Of a stretch of 64,000 nt of DNA, positions 14,503-28,928 are shown piece after piece (within the stretch, counting starts at the first letter, position 1; every line of letters starts with the position of its first letter). The DNA is from Octopus sinensis (lineage: Eukaryota). The stretch is from the NCBI RefSeq assembly GCF_006345805.1, contig NC_043008.1, positions 29,822,001-29,886,000 of the forward strand, written 5' to 3'. The position numbers and the translations under genes are program-made. The notes beneath the pieces are model-generated. The model was not told the DNA's origin. It worked only from the letters and a program-made list of their open reading frames with translations, and searched no databases.

Positions 14503-14537
14503 GTTTCCGACGAAGAGCTCCGCTCGAAACGTCATAC
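14503..14537 (+). ncRNA. Minimal hammerhead ribozyme variant (CCGACGA core)
   Basis: gttt CCGACGA a gagc tcc gctc GAAAC GT C atac; 4-bp stem II, palindromic loopless stem III (acgt), GUC site. Confidence 0.7.
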
Positions 14538-15069
14538 CTCCCTGCTTCCATTTCCTGAGCGCCTATTAATAATAATACTGTAATTGTTCCATTGTTGTTG
14601 TTTTTTTGTTTCCCGTTTGGATTAAAATTATATATATATATATATATACATGTGTGTGTTTGGTTAGCACGATATTATTAGATAATTTACAAATGGTTCT
14701 TTTTGTTAAAGACTGGTTCTTTCAAAGAGATACTGATAAAAGAATTCTGTTTGGAAATACTATTAACTATATATTGGCAAATTTAAGCAAATCAGCTTGC
14801 TTAAAAATATGATTATTTTTTGTGGGGGGGGGGTGAATTATAACAGATTGTCTAGAATTATCGATTCTCTTATATAAATTAATTAAAGCAATTTTGCTCG
14901 CCAGTTAAAGTTGGAAAACAAATTTAATATTAACATTTACAGTGAAAATGTTCAATGCATGTTATATCACTGAAATTACTAACAACCAATCCAGTATTAC
15001 CCCTATCATTGTGCTTTTAAAAAACATATTACATACATATTCTTGACGGTGTCGATAAAATATTTGTTT

Positions 15070-15245
15070 CTAATGTATGCACATGGCCAGATATTTTGTA
15101 GGGTGGAGCCCTGTACTTAACTGGTAGTTATTTTATTCCAAAATATTCTGAAAGCCGACCTCATGGTGTTTGCTTAAAAATCTTAAAACCGGAAGAAACC
15201 CTACTAATTAATTTTGTCCGGCCTACAAATCTGACGGCTCGCTAG
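15070..15245 (-). mobile_element. Old SINE family B relic
   Basis: Degenerate similarity to the reverse complement of 21640-21846 (tacttaactggtagttatttta...ccgacctc). Confidence 0.5.
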
Positions 15246-16152
15246 TTCATTTCAGTTCAAGAAAGATGTACGTATAAATCTGCTTCTGTTACTGTGTAAG
15301 TAGCTCTTCCTGTTGCTGTGTACATAGCTGCTTCTAGTAACTCGCATGAAAACTTACTGCTTAAAACCTATGTAGTACATACGAGTACTGAGTAGTTTTT
15401 AAAATTTGGTCAGCAAACAATCAAGAAATACTAATGCCAAATACTCTCCAGATGTTATTACGTTATTTCCTTATATTACAGATTACCTATCTAAAAAAGT
15501 TATACTACATTTAAGATCAAATAGTATAATTGGCGAGGGTATTTGACAAGAGCAGCTCGTAAATCGAATTAAGGCATTCAGGTATCTCTGGAGGAATGTA
15601 AGCCTTAAGTTGAAATTGATACTGAATATATGGAAATAGATGAACCAATCAAGATCCAATTTGTGTTGCTAATATGTGAAGTTTGTAAGGCATTTAATTA
15701 TATCAGTGTATACTTAATTTCTGGTATTCGGTCCTACTATATAAATGTTAGCATAGCTTTTAATTTAATGAAATTAATCATATTAGAATACAAAAACAGA
15801 AAGAACATGTCTAATGGCGTAAGCTTTTCTACCGCAATGATTTTACATTAAAAATATCCATGGAAAACATATCGTGTTCTTCATCATCTAGGATTCTCTA
15901 GAATTAATATCTCGGTTCGAGATAAGCATATACTCTGTGTACATATATCTGATATGAAGCCGAATTCAGAAAGCAATATACTGATTGTAAGATTTAGAAA
16001 TATTGAGGGACTGCGGAGACCTTTGCACAGATTGTAATTTAATGAATATTTCTTAAAATACACAAGCAAATGCATATACCTGAATATTCATATGTATGCA
16101 TCTATATATAGATAGACATATTGATAGATAAGTATTTATGTGTACATGTATG

Positions 16153-16191
<39 letters not shown>

Positions 16192-18654
16192 AAGGAGAGA
16201 AAAACAGAAACAAGGCAATGAAGACAACGTCTACAAACACGTATTTGTTGTCATTATTATTATATAACCCAAATGAAAATGATAACATTAGCAATGTATT
16301 ACTGGGATGTAGAACTAGCTTCAGAATTATTTTCTTACCCCATGAATTACAGGTGTTTTATTGAAAGCAGAACGTAGAAGGTGATTTCAGGAAACTGAGC
16401 ACCGTTTATCAACCCGAACACTGTATATTTATTGTAAAATATTACAACAGAGGAAGTTATGTTTGATCTCGTCTCCCCGTGTCATTAATACCTATAACAA
16501 GAATCATCTTGTACAGCATCAATACTACCATATTCAATACACCTCTAGTTAACATATAGTCTAACCATTGGCAGAAATTTGCAAGTAGAATAGTCGATTC
16601 AGCTGATTTCGCCTCAAAACAAATATAAGGCACAACGTCACACGAGCTGATTTCCAATCAGAACCAAATTTGTGGAAATAATTTTCTGCAAGATATATCT
16701 GACGGTTCTATATTCGCCCATTTTATTTTCGAAAGGATCTTTCTAGCATAGCATTAAAAATTATAGTGAATTATATCGACTTCATAGATGTTGGGCAATC
16801 CGTTCATCCGCTTAAAGGAGAAAAATAAAATTGATCTGAGAACAGTTAAAACCTCGATAGCTATCGCTCCAGGATCCAGTGGGCGTAATGTACTCCTCAT
16901 AAAGGAATTCCATTTTCAGAATGCCCATGAAATTTATAACAGCAGAAACAGAATTCTAGTAAAAATATAGGAGAATGGTAGTCATTGCATACAATCCATC
17001 AAGTATATTATGGCTTGACTAAAGCACATATATCTGGTTCACACAAATTTAAGATGTGCGGACACATTCACTAGTATGAATCAGTCCTTTCATTATGGCG
17101 AGAGAATACATAGTTGAAACCCAGCTCTGTACAGTTTGGTAATACAGTTGCTATAATGCAATACTAAGTGCGCGAGTTAAAGCTACTTTCAATATATTTG
17201 TGAATAATGCTTCAGGGGTCATTCATTGGAAGGTGTGTGTGTGTGTTTGTGTTTGTGCGGGTGTTTGTGTGAGTGTGTGTGCGCGTGTGTGTGCAGAGAC
17301 AGACGGAGACAGGGGGAAGTGTAGGGAGAGGGAAGCTATATTTAATGCTTAGGAAAAGTATCCATCGGCTTGAAAATTAACAGTGAATAACAAGAGCATT
17401 GATTCTACTATGGATGCAACTTGTAGGATCGCGTCTTGTTTCAATAAGAAATGATAGTAGACGCTATGATTATAAATTATACACTAAGCATGGCAAATTC
17501 GGAAATTTAAACGAGTAACAATAGAAATACATACACGCATCAGTTCATCTGAAGTACAACATATATTGAACAATATTATTCATCTCCTTGTAAGCATGGA
17601 TTCGTGGATAGCATAACGCCAAAATTTAGAACCTAAAATTGAGGGACATTTGCGAACAATCAAGAACGACAAATTTTCAAGCATTTTGAGAAATACCTTC
17701 TATACAGAAAGACAGCCTGTTTGGAATGAAACAGATAGTTGAAGATCAAAACCTTTAATATCATTGCTTTTTAACATAGTGCATGGACGTGATAATCAAA
17801 GCGAATGTATTTCTCATAGCTGTCTACTAACACGAAAGGATTGGTAGATCTCAATTACGATACAAGGAGGCGGCTACAATTTACATGAGCCGATTTGACA
17901 TCGTTCTTAGTAATCCGATAAAAGGTCATTTGATTAGCTTTCGTTGACTAGATATTTCTATGCTTGTTTTGAACCGAAATTAGAAGTAGAGATCTGCATT
18001 TAAATTTTAATTGTACTTCAAAAATTTTCAAAAGATCAAAAGCAAGACTATATTCATATTTTAGGGTTCTTGTGTCTAAATAATGGATCACAAATAGGAA
18101 AGAAAAAGTATTCTACAACTTATAAATATGTAGCTCGGTATTATCCTATTAAGTGGAGATCATGGTTGAAGAAGGTGGACATGATGGTGAAACCTGGCAT
18201 ATCTTCATATATACTGATCCCTTATAACTAACTGTTGAGACACACACACGCGCACACTCATAAAATGCCACCATATTCCACAACCTTCCTTTCGCGTAGT
18301 TGCAAGTTTTTGGGTCAAATCTCCAATTTGAGGATGAATTCTTCTATTCTTTCTACCATTAATGTCGGATGCCTTCTTTGAGTTCATATGCAATATATTT
18401 AAAATAATATAAATTAATTAATTTTATGTATTGGCTTATGTTTTTCATTGTTTGATTTGCCTAATAGTGGTTTTATCTCTAATTTAATATAATATAATAT
18501 AATATATTTATACTATAAAATTGGATTTAATCCTAAATCTGATTTTTCCCTGTAAGTTTGGATTTATTCCCTAATATTTTATTATTATTATTATATATAT
18601 ATATATAACAATACATATATACATTTCACACCTATATGTATAGAAGTGTTTATT

Positions 18655-18702
<48 letters not shown>

Positions 18703-20374
18703 TGTGTGTGTGTGTGTGCGTGCGTGCGTGTATGTATGTGTGCGTGCGTGCATGAGTGTGTATGTGTTAATGGCGTTGTTACACATATAGCAAGTGTTAG
18801 GATAGGACCAGAGAGTGTCTTGTTCATGCATATCAAATAGACATTAATGCTGTTAATGGTGTATACTCTCAAATGGGAATCGAAACTGCGAAAATGACTT
18901 TGTTACATACCACTTTATTTATGTCACTCACTACGCTACAATAATAGAAAATCTTATTTTCACTAATATATTTATGGTATAATCAATAGAAAGTTGTAAA
19001 TTCTATAGTTTTTCCCAACAGTATTACCAGTGTATGTGCACTGAATTGGCTATAAGTGTGAAACAAAACCAGATCGATGCTTCATCTTTACGATTGTTAT
19101 AGATAAAAGTGAAACAAGTTAATAGTCAAATACGAATAAAGCACATTACAAAATTATCTGAATTTATAGACGTTCTTCTTTCACGATATTTTCTTTTTTA
19201 TTATACGGAACAGTATTAGATTTCGGGATAAGTAGTACACTGAGCATGCATATTGCATTATAATAGTCTTATTGACACACACCAAAATAAAATCATTTAA
19301 TACGTTGTTGTTGTTTTAAGACGAAAGCAAACATTTATCAAGAATTAATATATCCCAAATACAGTCTTAGACCTTTGGTGTCTCTCTTCATACATTTTCT
19401 CTTTAATATCCATAGGATTTGAACACGTTTCCGTTTCCACTTTAGGGAAGTTTCAAAATGAATTCAACCGTTTGGCAAATAGTGATCTCCTGATGATTAT
19501 TCCATGCACTAAACCTCTGACTGTTGATGATATAGACATATTTACCTTGGAATTGCAGAATGCCTTGTATGGCCTGTGACGAATATATCAGATACTCTTT
19601 CAGTAATATACACGTACTGCCAAATAACAATTTTACAACCAAAGAAAGAACGGAATCAGGATATAAACAAAAAGCGGGAAGTAATAGTATGCTCTTGTGA
19701 GATGGCATGAAAAGACAATATAAATACCATTCCATTTCTTCTAACAGACCACCTAGAATACTGGACTAATTATTCTTTGATTTATTGCTTTAAGGGAGTT
19801 ATGCGAAATTGCACGCATAATCGACACATTTATCAAAATGAAACAATGTCATGAAAATCCATAGATCTTCAGAAATATCTGTGTAATCATGCAACAAAAC
19901 AGCACTAAAATTATCTCATAAAACAATAGAATTAGGCCGCACAATATGATGTGTTTCATCATAATGTACTCTCGTCGTCATTATTTCAAGATGATGACTA
20001 TATAGATAAATAGGCCATGCTCCTTCAAGCAAAATTCAACTCCAGAATATAAGCACAATATTTATGTGGGATATTCCTTTCTGCTTAAAGAGATCTTTCC
20101 ATATGGACACATAATGGTGGAAAATATGATTATCAATCTTTGAATTATATCTGAAATATTTTGATTTGCATTCCAGTGTACTGTGCAAAGTGACCTAAGT
20201 CCTCACACTCCTCAACTTGATATCATTGGGGGAAGTGCTAAGTTGATATAGTCAGTGTTAGAAAGAAATTATAATGATCCTAGGGGTAGATGCACTCCAG
20301 TTTCATAAATGTTAGAGTTGAAGCGCAACCTTTTCTGGATATAACTTTATATGGTCAATCTATATTACTCCGTA

Positions 20375-20595
20375 AAGAGCCTGGGACCTGTTTCTCAATT
20401 TTTATTTTATGTAAAATCCTCTCTGGATGGGACAATGTTCCGTCGCAAGTTTACTCATTTTTACCACATGAGTGGACTGTAACGGAAAAGTAATTGCTTT
20501 GCTCAAGAACCCCACTCATCGCCCGGTTCAGGAACTGAGCTCACAATATTTCGATCAAGAATCCATCACCGTAAGCGTAATGCCATGCATTCCAC
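20375..20595 (-). mobile_element. Old tRNA-type SINE relic (family C)
   Basis: gagtggactg...ttgctcaagaac...gaactgagctcacaat...cgatc; resembles 36660-36932 and 44188-44395. Confidence 0.45.
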
Positions 20596-21199
20596 TTTAT
20601 ATAGTTTGATTCGTAAGATTTTAAACAGCTCTTTCAAGAGTCCATCTCCTTAGTAATGTCAAATGGCATACTTATAATACTTACTTGAAATGATTTTTTT
20701 TCTAGTACATGCAAAAATGCAAACAGAAGACAAACAAAGAAAACATAAGCACCACTGATAACCTGTATTAATCTTTCATTGGATGCAGCATGTAAAAATC
20801 ACTCTTAGTTAACTTCATGCGACTTACTTTAACTATTAACTTAAATCGTAAATCCTACACTGATTATCAATGCAATCCGTCAAATCTTAATATATGTTTA
20901 GATAATGCTGTCATATATGTCAGAAAAGTTTTTCCTTCCTTCTATTCCATGTTCTCGATTCACTGTATATCTAGGCAAATATTACCTGTAACACAAAATA
21001 AATTTCTTTACTTTCTTAATCCAGCATAATAACAAGTTTCGATTTCTGGCAACATCTGCTTAAAAAGGGATTTGGGAGGATAAAGTTTACAATACATTAC
21101 GAATATCTAGTGATGAGAAGGGTGTAAAGGAGCAAGGAGACAAGGAATCACATGTTGTTTCGAGTGTTTCCTGTAGAAAATGGCTTTAGAGTAAACATC

Positions 21200-21465
21200 T
21201 TTGAGTTTTCCAGTTAAAACGGTGATGGCATTGTCTTTCATTTTTTATGCAAGATATTGTCCAGCGCCAGGATCCCAAGGTACTTGTACCCATTATTATC
21301 CGGGTCTTCCATTCTCTCTCCGTTTGGAAATTCTATTCCCCTACAATTTACTCTTTTCCCCTGCTTCAAAGAAAGCACTGTACACTTCGAGATACCGAAT
21401 TCCATCCCTATATCCTTGCTGCACATTTGCACAGTCTCAACCAGCCTCTCCATTTCAGGCTCTGT
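21200..21465 (-). pseudogene. R4/Dong-clade RT fragment
   Basis: LVETVQMCSKDIGMEFGISKC...YKYLGIL, homologous to the post-YMDD region of the ORF at 59373-60923. Confidence 0.8.
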
Positions 21466-21639
21466 TTTACGAACAGTTTTGAAACATCCATGAAGAGAAA
21501 GTGGTTGAGAGGAGGTCCATTTTCTCAGCTCATCGTAGGCATTGACTACGTAGAACTACAGAAAGTGGGACCAAGTCTATAACAAGTAACAGAGCTGAAC
21601 AAGAGTCTTCTTGGAGGATAATTCTTTTGATTGTTACGT

Positions 21640-21846
21640 CGGCTTCCAGAATCGTTAGCATGCCGAATGAAGTGCTTGGCGGTATTTCGCCCGTCACTAC
21701 GTTCTGAGTTCAAATTCCGTAGAGGTCGACTTTGCCTTTCATCCTTTCGGGTTCGATAATTTAAGTACCAGTTGCGTACAAGGATCGATAAAATCGGCTG
21801 GCCCCTCCCCCAAAATTTCAGGCCTTGTGCCTATAGTAGAAAGGAT
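21640..21846 (+). mobile_element. tRNA-derived SINE, family B
   Basis: cagaatcgttagca...gagttcaaattcc (B-box-like)...gtcgactttgcctttcatcctttcggg...ccttgtgcctatagtagaaagg; several other copies in the window. Confidence 0.85.
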
Positions 21847-21864
21847 TATTATCATTATTATTGT

Positions 21865-22227
21865 CATTTACTTTTAATCTTCATGTTTGATGCAATCACT
21901 TGCCGGGGCACACCCAGCGCCCTAGGGCAAGTGAAGGTTAAGAGTTGTTGAAATATAGCTGAAAGCTTGGGGAGGGGAAGTAGAGAAATATCTCCATGTA
22001 ATACAACACAAACAATTACATTGATAGGGTTTTTCCAAGGATGTGGGCAGTACTTGTTAACACAATCTTTTGGATTTCCTTGAGACATGGTTTTCCAGGG
22101 ATATTGTCTAGGTGTTTCTGACATCCCTTTTTTGTCATACCTACAATAACAGGAACAGTTTTTTTTTTAAGATTCCACATCTTTTGTATTTCGATTTCCA
22201 GGTCCTTATGTTTACTAAGTTTGTCTA

Positions 22228-22228
<1 letters not shown>
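21865..22228 (-). mobile_element. R4/Dong-clade 3' fragment (end of REL domain plus 3'UTR)
   Basis: Minus-strand translation DKLSKHKDLEIEIQKMWNLK...VPVIVG...EIQKIVLTSTAHIL; flanked by (ATT)n. Confidence 0.8.
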
Positions 22229-22303
<75 letters not shown>

Positions 22304-22545
22304 TTCTTTTTAGTTCTGGTTTTCTTAGATGTACTCGATTCTTGCATGCGTAGCGGGCTTGCTGCACTATCAAACGCGGCTGTGTTCCTTGGGTATGTGC
22401 TGTACTTTGTTGTGGTGTTCCTATTTTGACTGTATTGAAAGTGCTTTACATAACGTGTGCAGTGCCTAGTAGTACAATTTTCTGTATGTTTTATATATTC
22501 GTAAGTCCTGATGTTTTAGTTATGTATATGTCTGAGTGGTTTTTA

Positions 22546-23019
<474 letters not shown>

Positions 23020-23210
23020 CGTACCTATTATTATGGGGATTGTTTCTGGTTTTAGGCTCCACATTCGGGTTATCTCCTTCTAAAGATCTTTGTATTTACA
23101 GAGTTTCACTCTTACTTTTAGAGATACACTGTTATCTATTGGGCTTGATACAGCGATTAGAAGAAATTTTTTCTTTTGGTTTCTGACAACTATATTCGGT
23201 CTATTACCCT

Positions 23211-23248
<38 letters not shown>

Positions 23249-23332
23249 TATATACCGGAGTAAACACATAAATGTGAAACAAGGTGGAAAAAAGAGTACT
23301 CAAATACCAGTGGTACAGTAATATGCTTTATT

Positions 23333-23636
<304 letters not shown>

Positions 23637-24072
23637 ATATTATATATATATATATATCATTCTCTCTCTTTGGATTCCAGATTTTTAAAAAACTTTTCTT
23701 GTTTCTTCTTATTCTTCATACTTGTCAAGTACTATGAACGCTTTCTTGTATTTTCAGCTTCCTTAAAGACAGAAAATAGTTTTTTCCCCTGGGAGATGGG
23801 GCTTTGTGGCTATTTGTACTAGATTTCCTTGCTTCTGAATTACACATCTCTGTAATCTTATGGTTGTTATTTTATGATAGTTTTCTATTTGTATAAGTCC
23901 TCTATCACCTTCAATTTATTGCATATATAACCTTTCTATGTCAGACTTTGGGTGGTGCATCCTAAAATCTGTAACTATTTTTCTTGTTTTCCTCTCTAGT
24001 TTGGTTAGTTTATTTAGAGTCCAATTAAAAATATTGTAACTACAACTTATTATTATTATTATTATTATTATT

Positions 24073-26764
24073 CTATGTTTGACTTTTGCTTTATATTTGT
24101 ACAAGTTGGCTCCAAGTCTCACCCAGAGACCTCAAGAGACAACAGGGTTGGAAGTTCATGTTGTTGTTATGCCTAGTGTGCCATATATTTGGGAGGTGGG
24201 GATGTTGTACTAATGAATGTTTAAAAAAAAAAAAAAAAGTTTTTTTTTTTTTTTTTTTTAAACCGAAAATTATGGTTGTTTTAAACCTTGAGGTTACATA
24301 GAGAGTATTTTGCGTAGGATATGAGCAGTTCCCATGAGCACTATCTTTTGAACTTCTGCCATTTTTGGGTTTCCTGGTATCTGAGTTAGGTAGCTATCAG
24401 CCCCTTTTGCTATCATTCCCAGGTATTGTTTTAGTCTTCAGCTTCCACATTTTGCTGATTTCTATTTCAAGATATTTATATTTGCTCAGTTTTTGGTAGG
24501 CCCTGACAGATACGTTTATATCGATTGGGACAGTCATATCAATGAGGAGGCATGTTCTTTGTTTGAAGTCTTTCAATATGATGTCTGGCCTATTTGCATC
24601 TATCTTCCTGTCAGTTTGAATGGTGAAGTTCCAGAGGAGTGAGATGTGGTCATTTTCAAGCACTGGGGGTGGTTTGTGTTCCCACCAGTTTTTTTCATGG
24701 GGCAAATCCAGGTTTTTACAGATTACCCAGTGAATATATTGTGCAGCTCTATCGTGCCTGTTGAGATACTCTGTAGGCGCTAGAAGACTGCACTTGGAGA
24801 CCACATGGTCAATGGTTTCATTTTGTTACTTGCATACACGACACGTTGGACTGCTTCTGATCTTTAATATGTTGGCCTGGTAGTTTCTTGTTGGTAGGCA
24901 TTGATCTTGAGCTGCTGTTTCAGATTTTAAGCCAGAGGCCATTAGCCATTGATGGGTCAGGGCTTTGTCGATATCTGCATTATTCGCTATCTTTGGGTAT
25001 TTGCCATAGATAGGTTTTTCTTGCCATTTATTATTCAGAATATCTAAGGCCGCAGTTTTGGCACGGGTTTTCATGCGCCTAGCTTTTTCTGTGCTTGTTT
25101 CTTGTATGTCTATCTCTAATTCCGAAATTGGTTGTATTCGGAATTCACTTAGATATTCCTTTGCCTGTTTTGTGACTGAGTATGATGCTTTCTTGTTTTC
25201 ATGTTTTGAGACAAGTTTTAACATCCAGTCCTCAGAGTTTTTCAGGTAGGTGTCTAGGCCAATTGTAGCAATCTTCATTGTTATTGCCTGTTGCAAAAGA
25301 CCACGGCCTCCCTCTTTTCTTGGCAGATAGAGTCGTTCTGTATCTGCCTTAGGGTGGTGCATTCTATGCATTGTCAACAGTTTCCTTATTTTTCTGTCGA
25401 GCTGACATATTTCAGTAATTGACCAGTTAACAATATTGAAACTGTAAGTCACGACTGGTATAGCTAATGCATTGATTGCTTCGATCCTGTTTCTTGCATT
25501 CAGCTCTGTCTTGAGTATTGCTCTCACTCTTCGATAGCATTCTCTCCTGATCCTTTCCTTCATCTCTGAATGCCTTATTCCGTTCCCTTCAATTACCCCT
25601 AGGTACTTGTAGCTCTCCGCTGGGTCTAGTTCTTTTATGACATTCTGTTGGTCAAGGTTAACGTTAGATGTTTCTGTCATTTTTCCTTTGATAAAGGTAG
25701 CCTTTGCACATTTATCGAGGCCGAATTGCATTCTGATGTCGTCACTGAATTGTTTGACTATCGCTAGTAAGCCCTTGAGTTGTTGATCATTTTTTGCAAA
25801 AAGCTTAAATCATCCATGTAAACGAGATGATTTATATTTATCAAACATTTTATACCCGTACTGCGCGTCATTGAGCAGCTTTGAGAGAGGTATTAAGGAT
25901 AAACAAAAGAGGAGTGGTGACAGTGAGTCACCCTGGAAAATGCCACACGAAATTTACATCACCAGCATTTAGGGATTCACTGTCACTGTTCAGAGTTAGT
26001 GTGGTTCTCCATGATCTCATACTTACAGTCAAGAAGTTTCGCAGAGTTGGTGCTATCTTATACATTTCAAGGCATTTCCTAATCCAGCTATGTGGTAGGC
26101 TATCAAAAGCCTTTTTATAGTCTATCCAGGCTATTGATAAGTTTTTGTGTCGTTTGTGACAATCTTCTAAGATCATCTTATTGATGAGTAGTTGGTCTTT
26201 ACAGCCGTAGGATCCACGTTTACATCCTTTCTGTTCATTAGGGAATATGCTGCTGTCTGTTAAAAAAACTATGGTATATTCCGTCAGGACAGATGTTAGT
26301 GTTTTGTACATAGTTGTTAAGCAGGTTATGGGTCTATAGTTTTTTGGTTCATTTGTTTCTTCACTTTTTGGAAGCAGGAATGTTAACCCATTAACTAGCC
26401 AAGGAGGCATCCTACTAAGGTGTTGCAAAACATCATTGTACAGTTCTGTTAGCAGTTCATGGCTCTCTGGGAAGGCATTCAGCCAGAAGTTAGGAATTTT
26501 ATCCTTTCCTGGAGACTTCCATTTGCTTGACCTCCTGAGAGCAGATCTTATATCTTCTACCTTGACACCCTCCACTTTTGCTCTTCTAAGGGGTCCAGTT
26601 CTGTAGATATTCTGTCAATCCAGGGGGCCTTTTCGTTGTGTGTTTTTTCTTCTGCCCAGATTTTATTCCAAAATCTCTGCACTTCTTCTTTTGATGGTAC
26701 AGACCCTGCAGTAAACGCTGTTTTTCCTATCTTCCTGTAAAAATTCTTGGTGTTATTTTTGAAC

Positions 26765-26766
<2 letters not shown>
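24073..26766 (-). mobile_element. 5'-truncated R4/Dong-clade non-LTR retrotransposon (RT + CCHC + REL endonuclease), disrupted
   Basis: ORFs 26557-26766, 25928-26575 (KSPGKD, YRPITCL, EQKG, WIDYKKAFDS), HLVYMDD near 25810, 24826-25731, 24397-24804 (RHD, RPDII, KY); (ATT)n both sides. Confidence 0.93.
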
Positions 26767-26813
<47 letters not shown>

Positions 26814-26990
26814 GAGTGAGAGAGCAGTTCATGCCATCAAAGTGACACTGGGGTAAAATATACGAAACCCATATACCCGTCTGAAAAGGTACACCAGGCA
26901 CATGCATCACAACCATATGTGCGCGACATGGTGATCTCATATCAAGATAAACAGCACCTGACCTTGCAGTGGGGCCCAGTTAGAATTTTC
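26814..26990. repeat. Unclassified interspersed-repeat fragment next to an (ATT)n tract
   Basis: GC-richer island between the (ATT)n tract and the PLE start; family not identified. Confidence 0.35.
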
Positions 26991-26999
26991 TGAGGGTTG

Positions 27000-27034
<35 letters not shown>

Positions 27035-27038
<4 letters not shown>

Positions 27039-28886
27039 CAACCCTCAGTACACCATAATCCAGTCCACTACACTGTCACTCCACCACAAATATAATACAG
27101 ACTTTCCACAGCAACCCAGCTACTTCAAACATTTTTTTAGACCGAAATCAGAAAAACAGCGATGTGAAATGGAACAAAATGTACTAGAACAACCTAAAAT
27201 AATCACCTTATCAAAGAAATTCCTAAGTACCACACAAACTAAAATCGTAGCAAGAGTTTTAAAGTTTACACCAGATCGAACCCGAATGAAATTAAGGACT
27301 TTTGTCGAAACTTACGTCTCACAGAAATACTTCACAACTACACCAGCGAAGATGACTCAATAGTAAAAAACAAAAGCGAATACTGTCCTACAAAAGGCAG
27401 AAATAAAGCACTTGATGGTTATTGTGAACACATTACCAATTTTCCTTTCAACACCCTACGAATTAAATCCAACCTTAACATAAATGAATGAAAAAAACCT
27501 AATCGAGTTAAAAAAAATGATATAAACCTGACCAGTAATGAAGCCGATAAAGGAAGTGCGGTAGTGGTGATGAACACAGAGTTCTATAAAAAAATTTAAT
27601 ACTCTACATGTTGGAAAACAATATTTACTATGAGAAAATAGTACAATACAACCCACAGAAGATACTTAAAACATATCCTCCTTTCTACAAATACATGGAA
27701 AGAAATTGACTATTTATCCAATTTTAAATACAGAACAAGTCTATTGTACGAGCCTATACATTAACGTCCCTCCCCCTAGTGACCTCAAACTAAGACCCAT
27801 CGTTGCTGTCCCTGCTTGTAAAACTCAACGTTGAGTAATTTCCTCGACATCCTATTCAAACCATTTCTAAAATACGTGAAAAAATTCATGAGGGATGACT
27901 TAGATGACTTAGATGCTTGACCACCTCCTGAGGACAATAAATGAAGGAAGCCTGTTAGTATCATTCGATGTGGTGAACTTGTACACCAATATTCCACACG
28001 ATTATGGTATAGAAGCAATGACCTTCTGGCTAGAAAAATACCTAGGAGAGATCTCAGGAAGCATCAACCACTGATTCATAATCGCAGCACTGAAATTCAT
28101 CCTACTAAACAACTATTTCATGTTCGATACAGCTTACTATCGACAAAATGTGGAATTGCAATACTCGTAAACGAATACTCCTTGAACTCCATTTGAAACA
28201 AGGTGAAATATTTAAGATTAAATCAAATTTCACTTGTGCCTCGGAAAATCTAATCTATGCCATTATCTGCTTAATCAATATTTTGGCCAAACAGGAATAT
28301 CACTCCGTTGAAGAACCACCTTCACAAAGAACAAATCCGCCACACTCAATACACACAGATACAGGTCAGTGAACACATATAAAAGTGTGCTAGGAACCTT
28401 AATCTTAACCCTAAATTCCTAATTTTCCCCTTCTATGAAAGTTCACAGAATACCGCAGTACAGCAAAAAATGAACAAAGAGGCAACTTTCATCAATAAAT
28501 TCCACCCACAACATAACACAAACACATAACACAGTACAGAACTCTACTAACCTTACCAATAATACCACTAACTTCCATACACCATTCTTATTACAGTATT
28601 ATATCTACCCTAAGTTCACCATATCCATAACTACATACCTTCCTCACACATAATCTTTTTACTCATGGACTTGTTGACCCAAGAAAGTTTGATAATCGGT
28701 GCGCATTCAAAGCCAGGGAACAGCAGATAATTAAATCGGTATGACTTTGAATCCCTTTAACAATCCATAATAATGACTTTTATTCCTCTTAATTGTATCT
28801 CAGTTCATCTAATTGTATATATTTATCGTTACTTTTCATAAACAAAGCCTTTATTTTTTTTATAACCAATATTACTTTCCCTATAA

Positions 28887-28890
<4 letters not shown>
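27035..28890 (+). mobile_element. Decayed, internally deleted Penelope-like retroelement (RT + GIY-YIG + pLTR)
   Basis: Frameshifted motifs ADKGSAVVVM (about 27545), LRPIVA (about 27790), LVSFDVVNLYTNIPH (about 27955), NNYFMFD..YYRQKCGIA (about 28110), FKIKSNFTCASENLIYAIIC (about 28210); ends in (TA)n. Confidence 0.88.

Positions 28891-28928
<38 letters not shown>

Larger units (their letters stand above)
10828..14635 (+). mobile_element. 5'-truncated Penelope-like element: GIY-YIG end, CA-expanded 3' region, HHR-bearing pLTR
   Basis: Bounded by (TA)n on both sides; GIY-YIG remnant at the 5' end and hammerhead motif at 14503-14537. Continuity through the CA block is inferred. Confidence 0.6.

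Noticed and set aside
16457-16970. Unique-looking sequence with short ORFs
   Set aside because: Stops in all frames over short distances and no recognisable domain
19442-19735. 97-aa minus-strand ORF with an internal caag|gtaaat donor-like site
   Set aside because: No recognisable protein motif and no convincing partner exons
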